Shown in pieces: positions 10,277 through 18,208 of a stretch of 64,000 bases of DNA. The DNA is from Pseudomonadota bacterium (GTDB taxonomy: Bacteria; Pseudomonadota; Alphaproteobacteria; Rhodobacterales; Rhodobacteraceae), in assembly GCA_038532435.1 (NCBI GenBank), contig JBCBAP010000002.1, forward strand, positions 66,327-130,326, given 5' to 3'. Made by a program: the position numbers and the translations under genes. The notes under the pieces are model-generated. The model searched no databases. It was not told where the DNA came from and worked only from the letters and a program-made list of their open reading frames with translations. Position 1 is the stretch's first letter. Every line of letters begins with the position of its first letter.

Positions 10277-10293
10277 ATGGTATGCAATACCAT
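10277..10293. promoter_or_regulatory. Candidate GntR-type operator ATGGTAT-GCA-ATACCAT
   Basis: Perfect 7-bp inverted arms with a 3-nt spacer and a GT...AC core, ending 20 nt upstream of the GntR gene ATG (10313). Confidence 0.5.
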
Positions 10294-10312
10294 ACCGAAA
10301 AAGGACGAAACG

Positions 10313-10957
10313 ATGCACGCGCCCGAACCCGGACCCACCGACGCCTACTCCCGCATTCTCGGCTCCATCGACCTTGGGGACTACTCTCCGGGGGACCGGC
10401 TGGTGGAATCTGAACTGGCGGACCGGCTCGGCATGTCTCGGACCCCGATCCGAGAAGCGCTGCAGCGGCTGGAGACGCAGGGGGTCTTGTCCCGGGATGG
10501 GCGGAGCCTCATCGTCGCGAGCCTCGATCACGATCAACTGGGCGAACTCTACGTTGTTCGGGCGGAGCTTGAGGGCCTTGCGGCCCGGCTCGCCGCGCAA
10601 CATGCAGCGCCGGAGGAAATCCGGGTACTCAACGACATGGTCGCCGATGACCGCGCGCTCCTCAACGATCCGGAGGAGATGAGCCGGGCCAACAAGCGGT
10701 TTCACCGGCAGATCCACCTTGCCAGCCACAACCGCTACCTGATCCAGCAGCTCGAGAGTGTTCGCCGCTCCATGGCACTGCTGGCCACCACCTCCTTCAG
10801 CGCGGAGGGACGCCCGGAGATTGCGATCGAGGAGCATGCTGCCATCGTCGCCGCCATTGAGGCGCGGGATGGGGAGGCAGCTGACGAGGCCGCACGGGTC
10901 CATATATCTACCGCCTACGAAACACGGCTCAAGATCGACGCGGGCGCCGGTCGCTAG
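10313..10957 (+). CDS. GntR/FadR-family transcriptional regulator (FCD domain)
   Basis: In-frame ATG at 10313. Winged helix-turn-helix ESELADRLGMSRTPIREALQRLETQGVL, followed by an all-helical FCD-like C-terminus. Confidence 0.85.
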   Translation: MHAPEPGPTDAYSRILGSIDLGDYSPGDRLVESELADRLGMSRTPIREALQRLETQGVLSRDGRSLIVASLDHDQLGELYVVRAELEGLAARLAAQHAAPEEIRVLNDMVADDRALLNDPEEMSRANKRFHRQIHLASHNRYLIQQLESVRRSMALLATTSFSAEGRPEIAIEEHAAIVAAIEARDGEAADEAARVHISTAYETRLKIDAGAGR

Positions 10958-10959
10958 AC

Positions 10960-11712
10960 ATGCGCGATCTCGATGGGATCGCCGCGGAAATCCACGCGGC
11001 ACGGCGGGATCGGTCGCCGTTCCGGGTCTATCCTGCTCTCGATATCGCGGCAGGCTTCGACGTGCAGGATCGGGTGACCGCGCGGTCCGGTCCGGTGGGG
11101 GGCTACAAGATCGCGTGGAATTCCGCCAAGCTGATGGCCGATTACCGCATGCCCCATCCGGGCGCTGCCCGCATCCTCGCCGCAGACATCCACGAGGATG
11201 GCGCAGTACTCGATCGCACCGCCTATCGCGAACTGCTCATGGAGCCGGAGATCGCTGTCATCCTCGGCCAGCCGGTCACACCCGACCATCCGTGGGACTG
11301 CGCGGATGACCTCCGGGAGCGGGTCGCACGGTTCGTGCCCGCGATCGAGCTGCTTGATCGGAGGGGTGCGCAGGAGCTTCATGCGCCGTCGATCCTTGCG
11401 GGGAATGTTTTCAACTGCGGGATCGTGCTGGGCGGGCCGGGGGCCGGACCCGATGCGGATCTCACCTCCCACTGCACGGTGACCTGCGCCGGGCGGGTTC
11501 TTTGCGATGCGCCGGACACGGCGCCGCAACCCGTGCTGGAGGCGATGGCGTTCTTGGTGAGACACTACACCTCCCGGGGCGTAACGCTCCACGCGGGCCA
11601 GGTGCTGATGTGCGGCACCCATGCGGGCATCACCCCGCTCGCGCCCGGTGACGAGGTGACGATGACCGTCACCGGGCTTGGGTCTGTCAGCCTCTGCGTC
11701 GCGGAGGGTTGA
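10960..11712 (+). CDS. 2-keto-4-pentenoate hydratase / 4-oxalocrotonate decarboxylase-like (FAH fold) protein
   Basis: 250 aa with a GGYKIAW motif. It starts 2 nt after the GntR stop, suggesting an operon. Confidence 0.6.
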   Translation: MRDLDGIAAEIHAARRDRSPFRVYPALDIAAGFDVQDRVTARSGPVGGYKIAWNSAKLMADYRMPHPGAARILAADIHEDGAVLDRTAYRELLMEPEIAVILGQPVTPDHPWDCADDLRERVARFVPAIELLDRRGAQELHAPSILAGNVFNCGIVLGGPGAGPDADLTSHCTVTCAGRVLCDAPDTAPQPVLEAMAFLVRHYTSRGVTLHAGQVLMCGTHAGITPLAPGDEVTMTVTGLGSVSLCVAEG

Positions 11713-11716
11713 GGGC

Positions 11717-12673
11717 TCAGAGGTTGAGCTGGTAGCTCGCCGCCGTGTAGCGGAACCCGTCGCCTGCTGCCTCCAGATACCCGACGGACGGGAAGGGCAT
11801 GTGGTAGCCGACGAAAGGAATGCGATCCGACGCGATCATTCCGAAGAGCGCCTTGCGCGTCGCCGCTGCCGCTTCCTTGTCCGCATCGAACCGCACATGC
11901 CAGTCCGGCCGCTCCAGCGAAAGCACGAAATGGTTCGCCGCATCCGCCGTGAGCATGAGCGACTCCCCTTCGCTTTCGATATGGTAGGCCATGTGGCCCG
12001 GGGTGTGACCGAATGCACCGACCGCCTCGATCCCCGAGACGACGCTGCCGCCCGGGTCGAGGAAGCTCATCATCTCTGCGACCGGGGCGACATTCGCCTG
12101 CACCATGTCGTAGATCCGCTGGCCCGGCGTGCCCACACGGGCCTCGTCGGTCCAGAAGTTGTACTCTGCACTGCCGGTGACGTAGCGCGCATAGGGGAAG
12201 GCCGGCGCACCGTTCTCGAGCACGCCGCCGATATGGTCCGGGTGCATGTGCGTGAGGACCACGATATCGACCTGGTCCGCGCGATAGCCGGCAGCCTCGA
12301 TCGCGGCGGCGAGCTGCCCGCGCGCGGGGCGGGCGCCGGCGCCGTTTCCGGTATCAAAAAGGATCAGCTCTGCGCCGGTGTTGACGAGCGTCGGGGCGAA
12401 GGTGAATTCCATGGTCGTGGTCGAAAGGTTGTTCTCCGCCAGCAGAGCCTCAACGTCCGCCACCGACTGGTCCTGGCCAAAGATCGGCTGCGGCCCTTCC
12501 ACAGGCACGGCACCGTCGAGCAACGTTGTCACCTCGAACGCGCCTACCTTGAACCGGCGGAAGGTGGGGCGGGCATTGCCCAGCATCGGTGCCGCGCCGA
12601 GAGCGGGCAGGGCGGGCAGCGAAAGCCCCGCTGAGGCGGTGGCGAGCAGGGCGCGACGGGTGAGAGACGGCAT
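11717..12673 (-). CDS. Tat-exported MBL-fold metallo-hydrolase (lactonase-like)
   Basis: ATG at 12673 is preceded by GGGAGGA. Twin-arginine signal SLTRRALLATASAG and the HxHxDH motif THMHPDHIGG are present. Confidence 0.75.
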   Translation of the reverse strand: MPSLTRRALLATASAGLSLPALPALGAAPMLGNARPTFRRFKVGAFEVTTLLDGAVPVEGPQPIFGQDQSVADVEALLAENNLSTTTMEFTFAPTLVNTGAELILFDTGNGAGARPARGQLAAAIEAAGYRADQVDIVVLTHMHPDHIGGVLENGAPAFPYARYVTGSAEYNFWTDEARVGTPGQRIYDMVQANVAPVAEMMSFLDPGGSVVSGIEAVGAFGHTPGHMAYHIESEGESLMLTADAANHFVLSLERPDWHVRFDADKEAAAATRKALFGMIASDRIPFVGYHMPFPSVGYLEAAGDGFRYTAASYQLNL

Positions 12674-12763
12674 GGGGGATCCTCCCTTGGATGTGTGTGC
12701 CATCCTGGGATGTGGGGTCGGTCTCAAAAAGGTCCAGTCCGCGCAGAGCGTCCGGATTGTTTC

Positions 12764-14665
12764 TCAATCGGATCCGGTATCCGGCGCGAGCCCATGCTCG
12801 GTCTTGTGCCAATGGAATGGCTTCGCAAAGAGCTCCGCCAGTGCCCGGTAGGCCGCAAGCGCACCGAGCGGCCAGTAGACCGGCAGCGTAAGGATCCAGG
12901 GGACGAGCGCCCGTTTCGCGGGCGTGCGCACGGCGATGGCGATGGCGGTGATCATCACGAGCTGTCCCACCGGCATGGAGATCCAGAAGAGTGTCCAGAG
13001 CGGGCCAGACAGGTCGAGCGTGTCCGTGACCCGGATCCCGAGCAGGCCCAGCATGACAAGCGTCCAGAAGAGCGGCAGCGCGAGATAGCTCGTCATAGCA
13101 CCCAGAAACAGCACCTGAAACGTCGCAAACCCGCGGGGTCCAAGATCGGTGAAGAGCTGCCGCGGATCCTGCATATGGGTCATCCAGGTGATCGCGTAGC
13201 CCTTCAGCCACCGCGACCGCTGCATGATCCAGTTGCGCATCCGGCAGTTCGCCTCCTCGTGGGTCGTGCTGTCGATCATCTCGCACCGGTAGCCGTGGCG
13301 GGCGAGGCGCATGCCGAGATCCGCGTCCTCGGTGACATTGTGCGCGTCCCACGCGCCCACCTGATCGAGCGCGTCCCGCCGGAAGAATACCGAGGTGCCG
13401 CCAAGCGGGATCGGCAGGCGCAGTCGGGTCATCCCGGGCAGCAGCACCGCGAACCACACCGCATACTCCATGGCGAAGCAGCGGGTCAGCCAGTTCTGCC
13501 GCGGATTGTAGAAATCGAGCCGGGCTTGCACGCAGGCCAGATCCCGCGGCGCTTCTGACAGGCGCCGCGCCACCTTTCGCAACTGGTCCGGATCCGGTCG
13601 GTCCTCCGCATCATAGATGCCGATGATCCCGCCCTGGCAGAAGTCGAGCGCGTAGTTCATCGCCCGAGGTTTGGTGCGCAGACTGTCCTCGGGCACGGTG
13701 ATCACGTCGATCCAGGGGGGCAGGGCGACCCGCGTGAGACTGGCGCGGGTCACGGTGTCGTCGGCCTCGAGCAGCAGCTTGACCTCCAGGCAATCCCGCG
13801 GATAGTCGAGCGCCCGGAGTGCTTCGATCAAGCGATTAAGCACGCGGTCCTCCCGCAGGAGCGGCACGAGGAGGGAGATCATCGGCAGTTGCCTGTGATC
13901 GGCGAGGGCGGTCACACCCGGGGTGCTTGGCCTCGGCGTCGGGTCCCGCCATGCGCCGGTTGCGAGCGCGCTGCCGCGCAGCAGGGTGGTCGCAAAGTTG
14001 GCGACGACGATCCAGACGAGCAGGGCCGTCAGGGCCGCCTGCGGCCAGAACAGGGTAGCGGCGCCGAACAGTACCAGCGCCGCCAGCACCATATGCCGGA
14101 ACCGGGTCAGGCTGTCTGCCCGACAACTTGCCTGCTCCGGACACCGTGTCCGCGCACGGCCCGCGAGGTCCGGTCCGTGAAGTCGGGTGAGCTCATGCTG
14201 GATCGCACGGCTGTCTGCGACCGCGAAGGCGAGCCGCTCGGGCACCGGCCCGATCGCCTCCCGTATCTCCGCGATCCGGGACGGGTCCGCAACGGCGATG
14301 ATGAGGGTGGAGCCAAGCCGGTGCCAGATCACGAATTCCAGATCGAGGCAGACCAGCGGATCGAGGCCCGCGTTCGCCTCCCAATCCGAGGCCATCTGCG
14401 TGAGGTCGACGAGCCCAAGGCCGTGTTGCCTGCTGATCGCCCGCAAGAGCGCCCGTCGGCTGATCCTGCCCTCCGAGACCAGAAAATCACCGAAGCGGCT
14501 GTCGCTGCGGCGCTCGGAATACTCCGCCAGCGCCTGCCGCAGACCGGCCATGGAGAGCGCACCGGACTGCATCAGCAACTCGCCAAGGCGCAGATGCTGG
14601 TCCCCCAACGGGGTCGCCCGCGGCGGCACACGGCCCGCGCCATCGAACTGGTACACGAAACTCAT
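12764..14665 (-). CDS. Membrane-embedded processive family-2 glycosyltransferase with N-terminal T2SSE_N/MshEN domain
   Basis: 633 aa. Two tandem 24-aa RLGxxLLxxGLL-type motifs lie at the N-terminus, then 2 TM helices. GT2 motifs follow: YDAEDRPD, TEDADLG, QRSRWLKGY. The C-terminus has several more TM helices. Confidence 0.8.
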   Translation of the reverse strand: MSFVYQFDGAGRVPPRATPLGDQHLRLGELLMQSGALSMAGLRQALAEYSERRSDSRFGDFLVSEGRISRRALLRAISRQHGLGLVDLTQMASDWEANAGLDPLVCLDLEFVIWHRLGSTLIIAVADPSRIAEIREAIGPVPERLAFAVADSRAIQHELTRLHGPDLAGRARTRCPEQASCRADSLTRFRHMVLAALVLFGAATLFWPQAALTALLVWIVVANFATTLLRGSALATGAWRDPTPRPSTPGVTALADHRQLPMISLLVPLLREDRVLNRLIEALRALDYPRDCLEVKLLLEADDTVTRASLTRVALPPWIDVITVPEDSLRTKPRAMNYALDFCQGGIIGIYDAEDRPDPDQLRKVARRLSEAPRDLACVQARLDFYNPRQNWLTRCFAMEYAVWFAVLLPGMTRLRLPIPLGGTSVFFRRDALDQVGAWDAHNVTEDADLGMRLARHGYRCEMIDSTTHEEANCRMRNWIMQRSRWLKGYAITWMTHMQDPRQLFTDLGPRGFATFQVLFLGAMTSYLALPLFWTLVMLGLLGIRVTDTLDLSGPLWTLFWISMPVGQLVMITAIAIAVRTPAKRALVPWILTLPVYWPLGALAAYRALAELFAKPFHWHKTEHGLAPDTGSD

Positions 14666-14706
14666 CGTCTCCCCCGGATGTCCTCCGGCAGGATGGCGAG
14701 ACTTGG

Positions 14707-14722
14707 TTAATGTAAAATTAAC
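14707..14722 (+). promoter_or_regulatory. Perfect CtrA-box consensus TTAA-N7-TTAAC
   Basis: The sequence reads TTAAtgtaaaaTTAAC, 42-57 nt upstream of the GT2 ATG (14665), in the 66-nt spacer after carA. Confidence 0.5.
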
Positions 14723-14731
14723 TTGACGAAA

Positions 14732-15892
14732 TCAACTGTCCATTGACGCGACGAAGCGTTCGAAGAGGTAGTAGCTGTCCTGCGGCCCGGGGCTCGCCTC
14801 CGGGTGCTGCTGCACGGAAAAGACCGGGCGGTCCACGATGCGCAGGCCGCAGTTGGACCCGTCAAAAAGGGACACATGGGTCTCCTCCACACCGTCCGGC
14901 AGGCTCGCGCCATCGACCGCGAAGCCGTGGTTCATCGACGTGATCTCCACCTTGCCCGTCGCGATCTCCTTCACCGGATGGTTCACGCCATGGTGCCCGT
15001 GGTTCATCTTCAACGTGCGCGCGCCGAGCGCGAGGCCCAGCATTTGGTGCCCGAGGCAAATGCCGAAGACGGGCAGATCGGTCTTGTCGAGGATGGCCCG
15101 GATCATGGGCACGGCGTACTCCCCGGTCGCCGCAGGATCACCCGGACCGTTGGAGAGGAACAGTCCCTCCGGCTCGTGCGCCATCACGTCTTCAAAGCTC
15201 GCCGAGGCGGGCAGGACCGTGACGTCGCATCCGGCGCTGGCGAGGCAGCGCAGAATGTTCCGCTTCGCGCCGTAGTCGATTGCGACAACACGCTTTCCCG
15301 GGGTGGTCCGCTTCGGATATCCGTCCGGCCAGGCCCACCGCATCTCATCCCAGCGGTAGCTCTGCAGGGTCGAGACGTCCTTGGCGAGGTCTGCGCCTTC
15401 AAGGCCGGGAAACGCCTTCGCCCGTGCCCGTAGGTCCGCAAGATCGAACTCTCCGTCCGGGGCGTGCTGAAGGGCGACGTGGGGCATGCCCTGGGAGCGG
15501 ATGGCCCGCGTGAGCCGCCGGGTGTCCACGCCGCCGATGCCGACCCGGTTGCGGGAGTTCATCCAGTCGGACAGGGTGCTCGCCGCGCGCCAGTTCGACG
15601 GTTCGGTCGGGTGCCATTTGACGACCATCCCGAGGGCGGCCGCGTCCGCAGCCTCGTCATCCTCGCCGGTCGTGCCGGTGTTCCCGATGTGGGGGAAGGT
15701 GAAGGTCACGACCTGACCCGCGTAGGACGGATCTGTCATCACTTCCTGATAACCGGTCATCGCGGTGTTGAAGCACAACTCCGCCTCGACGATCCCGCTC
15801 GCCCCGAACCCTCGCCCGTAAAACACCGTGCCATCTGCAAGAACGAGGGCTGCGGTGGGCCGGTCGGCCCCGGCGGTGGCGGCGAGCGTCAT
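14732..15892 (-). CDS. carA: Carbamoyl-phosphate synthase small (glutaminase) subunit
   Basis: 386 aa with N-terminal LVLADGTVFYGRGFGA and FNTAMTGYQE, and the class-I amidotransferase motif GICLGHQ. Confidence 0.95.
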   Translation of the reverse strand: MTLAATAGADRPTAALVLADGTVFYGRGFGASGIVEAELCFNTAMTGYQEVMTDPSYAGQVVTFTFPHIGNTGTTGEDDEAADAAALGMVVKWHPTEPSNWRAASTLSDWMNSRNRVGIGGVDTRRLTRAIRSQGMPHVALQHAPDGEFDLADLRARAKAFPGLEGADLAKDVSTLQSYRWDEMRWAWPDGYPKRTTPGKRVVAIDYGAKRNILRCLASAGCDVTVLPASASFEDVMAHEPEGLFLSNGPGDPAATGEYAVPMIRAILDKTDLPVFGICLGHQMLGLALGARTLKMNHGHHGVNHPVKEIATGKVEITSMNHGFAVDGASLPDGVEETHVSLFDGSNCGLRIVDRPVFSVQQHPEASPGPQDSYYLFERFVASMDS

Positions 15893-16007
15893 GCGAGTCC
15901 ATCCCCTTTTTGAAGCTGCGCGAAGCTAGAGCGCACTCGGCAGCGCGTCAACCCGAACCCTCATAAAATTAACAAGGAATTACAAAGTGTTAGAAAAAAT
16001 CCTGCGG

Positions 16008-16036
16008 TTGAAGCCCGGCTGCCGCGCAGATATAGT
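16008..16036 (+). promoter_or_regulatory. Sigma-70-like promoter TTGAAG-N17-TATAGT
   Basis: It lies 34 nt upstream of the yqeY-like ATG. The 5' UTR contains a 10-nt tandem repeat, CAACCTGAGG/CAACCTGAGA (16043-16062). Confidence 0.45.
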
Positions 16037-16069
16037 GTGCGCCAACCTGAGGCAACCTGAGAGAACCGC

Positions 16070-16525
16070 ATGCTGCGTGAGCGCATCACAAAGGCCACCA
16101 AAGAGGCGATGAAGGCGAAGGAGACCCGGCGCCTGTCGACCCTCCGTCTGATCAGTGCGGCAATCAAGGATCGTGAGATCGCCGCCCGCGCCGATGACGG
16201 TGCCGAAGGGCTGACCGACACGGATATTGTCGGGATCCTGTCCAAGATGATCAAGCAGCGCCGGGACAGTGTCTCCGCCTACGAGGAGGGGGGCAGGCTG
16301 GAGCTTGCCGAGCAGGAACGCGACGAGATAAAGGTGATCGAGGAGTTCCTGCCTAAGAAGCTTTCGGACGCGGAAGCCGAGAAAGCGATTGCCGAGGCGA
16401 TTGCTGCGGTGGGCGCGGACTCCGTGCGGGACATGGGCAAGGTCATGGGCATTCTGAAGACCAAATATGCCGGTCAGATGGATTTCGGCTCTGTCGGCGC
16501 CGCAGTGAAGGCGCAGCTCGGCTGA
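16070..16525 (+). CDS. GatB/YqeY domain-containing protein
   Basis: 151 aa with a typical YqeY sequence (LRERITKATKEAMKAK...LSTLRLI...EEFLPK). Confidence 0.9.
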   Translation: MLRERITKATKEAMKAKETRRLSTLRLISAAIKDREIAARADDGAEGLTDTDIVGILSKMIKQRRDSVSAYEEGGRLELAEQERDEIKVIEEFLPKKLSDAEAEKAIAEAIAAVGADSVRDMGKVMGILKTKYAGQMDFGSVGAAVKAQLG

Positions 16526-16532
16526 GCCTTCT

Positions 16533-17693
16533 CTAGAGGTTCTGCCTGCGCCCAAGACGGGCCAGGCAGATGAGCGCCAACACGCCAAGTCCGAGAAACG
16601 CCATGGGCAGTGACGTGACCTCTGCAATCATGCCCATTGCAACCGGCCCGAACAAAAGCGAGCCATAGCCAAAGAGGGACAGCGCCGCCATGGCCCGGCC
16701 CAGCGACATGTCCCGGCTCCGCCCCGCGGCGGAAAACGCGGTCGGCGCCAGCGGTGCGAAGCCCGTCGCGAAGAGAACCATCGCCGCGTAGACCCCGAGC
16801 GTCGAGTCTGACCAGAACATCAGCGCGCCGCCTGCAAGGATGAACGTGCCCGACGCGATCACCACGCGCCGCGCGCCGATGCGGGCGACGACGTAGTCAC
16901 CGGTCAGCCGCAGCACCACCATCACGATGGAAAAGATCGCGAGGGCCGTTGCCCCCTCGCCGAGCGTGCCGGAGATACCCTCCACGATGTGGATCCCGGT
17001 CCAGTCCAGCACCGCGCCTTCCCCGGCGAAGGCGATCGCGATGATCAGGCAAAGGCCCAGAACGGCCCCGCGGGGCATGACGAATATCCGGCCGCCGGTG
17101 TCCTGGCCGGTGGTCGATGGCACCATGCGGGACATGCAGGCCAGCGCGACGAGCAGCATGAGGGCTGCGACGCCCGCGAACTGCTCAAGCATGCCGAGGC
17201 CCGCGCCCTGCGCCAGGATCAAGGCCCCGCTGCCACAACCGAAACCGACGCTCCACATCCCGTGCATGCGGGACATGGAGGGGGCCGCACGGCGCGCCTC
17301 CACCTCCGCGCCATAGACGTTCATCGCCATGTCGAGCGCCCCGCCGATCATGCCGAAGGCGATGAGCGCGGCACCGAGGGCGAGCACCGTGTCGGACAGG
17401 GCGATCAGAGGCAGCACAAGCGCCATGGCCACCGCGGACCAGGCGGAGAAGCGGGCGGCACCGATCCGGTCGACACTTCTGCCGAGGAGGAGGAAGGCCA
17501 CGACCGCGCCAATGCCGAGGGTCAGCAGGAGCCCCCCCATCGCTGCCTCGCTGAGGTCGAAGCGCAGCTTCACGTCCGGAATGCGGGCAGCCCAGGTGCC
17601 GAACAGAAAGCCGTTCAGGAAGAAAAGGCCGAGTGCTTCGGCAAATCCGCTGCGTTCAGCGGACCGTGCGGAAGGCGGTGTCGAGATCGTCAT
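16533..17693 (-). CDS. MFS transporter
   Basis: 386 aa with about 12 hydrophobic segments. Its start overlaps the 3' end of the upstream DUF2244 gene by 38 nt, and I saw no alternative start. Confidence 0.75.
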   Translation of the reverse strand: MTISTPPSARSAERSGFAEALGLFFLNGFLFGTWAARIPDVKLRFDLSEAAMGGLLLTLGIGAVVAFLLLGRSVDRIGAARFSAWSAVAMALVLPLIALSDTVLALGAALIAFGMIGGALDMAMNVYGAEVEARRAAPSMSRMHGMWSVGFGCGSGALILAQGAGLGMLEQFAGVAALMLLVALACMSRMVPSTTGQDTGGRIFVMPRGAVLGLCLIIAIAFAGEGAVLDWTGIHIVEGISGTLGEGATALAIFSIVMVVLRLTGDYVVARIGARRVVIASGTFILAGGALMFWSDSTLGVYAAMVLFATGFAPLAPTAFSAAGRSRDMSLGRAMAALSLFGYGSLLFGPVAMGMIAEVTSLPMAFLGLGVLALICLARLGRRQNL

Positions 17694-18207
17694 GGAGCAC
17701 TTCCCGTTCTTCAGGGCTCAGAAACGCGCCAAGTTCGATCTCGCGCCCGTTTCCCTTTAGAGTCAGGTATCGCTCAATGCGGGCATTGTCATGCAGTTTC
17801 AACTCGACCCAGAACGGGTTTGCGAACCAGCGTTTCCGGCTGCCGTCCCGTTCGGTCCGCTCCACGGTAATGAGGTCGGGCCAGAGCTTGACCACCTCGT
17901 TCAGGTTGGCGTCCCGGTAGTTGCGCATGACAAAGGCGTAAAAGATCCAGAGCGTGCCGCCTAGGAACGGAAGCAGGGCCCAACCGACAGGTGTGCCGAG
18001 GAACGGGATCAGCGGGATTGCGAGCCCGACGAACAGCAGGCCCATCATCCATGTGAAGCCCGACGTCGTCATGGACCGGTGCGGCCAGAGCACGATGGTC
18101 TCTGCCGGGGGGTCGCTGCGCGTGAAAGGATCCGCGTCGCGTCCCCAAACGCAGGAGGCCGGAGGTTTCCCCCCGGCCCCGTTATGTGTCTCAGACCTGA
18201 GAGGCAT
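17656..18207 (-). CDS. DUF2244 integral membrane protein (cytochrome oxidase-associated)
   Basis: In-frame ATG at 18207, 1 nt after the ctaD stop. Contains LWPHRSMTTSGFTWMM, then 2 TM helices. The listed 260-aa ORF extension lies inside ctaD and is rejected. Confidence 0.7.
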   Translation of the reverse strand: MPLRSETHNGAGGKPPASCVWGRDADPFTRSDPPAETIVLWPHRSMTTSGFTWMMGLLFVGLAIPLIPFLGTPVGWALLPFLGGTLWIFYAFVMRNYRDANLNEVVKLWPDLITVERTERDGSRKRWFANPFWVELKLHDNARIERYLTLKGNGREIELGAFLSPEEREVLHDDLDTAFRTVR

Positions 18208-18208
18208 G

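Noticed and set aside
12450-14710. ORFs 12450..13457 (minus), 12695..13558 (plus) and 13889..14710 (plus) within the GT2 locus
   Set aside because: They are alternative frames of a gene whose chosen frame shows MshEN, DAED, TED and QxxRW motifs plus TM helices. The alternatives are low-complexity.
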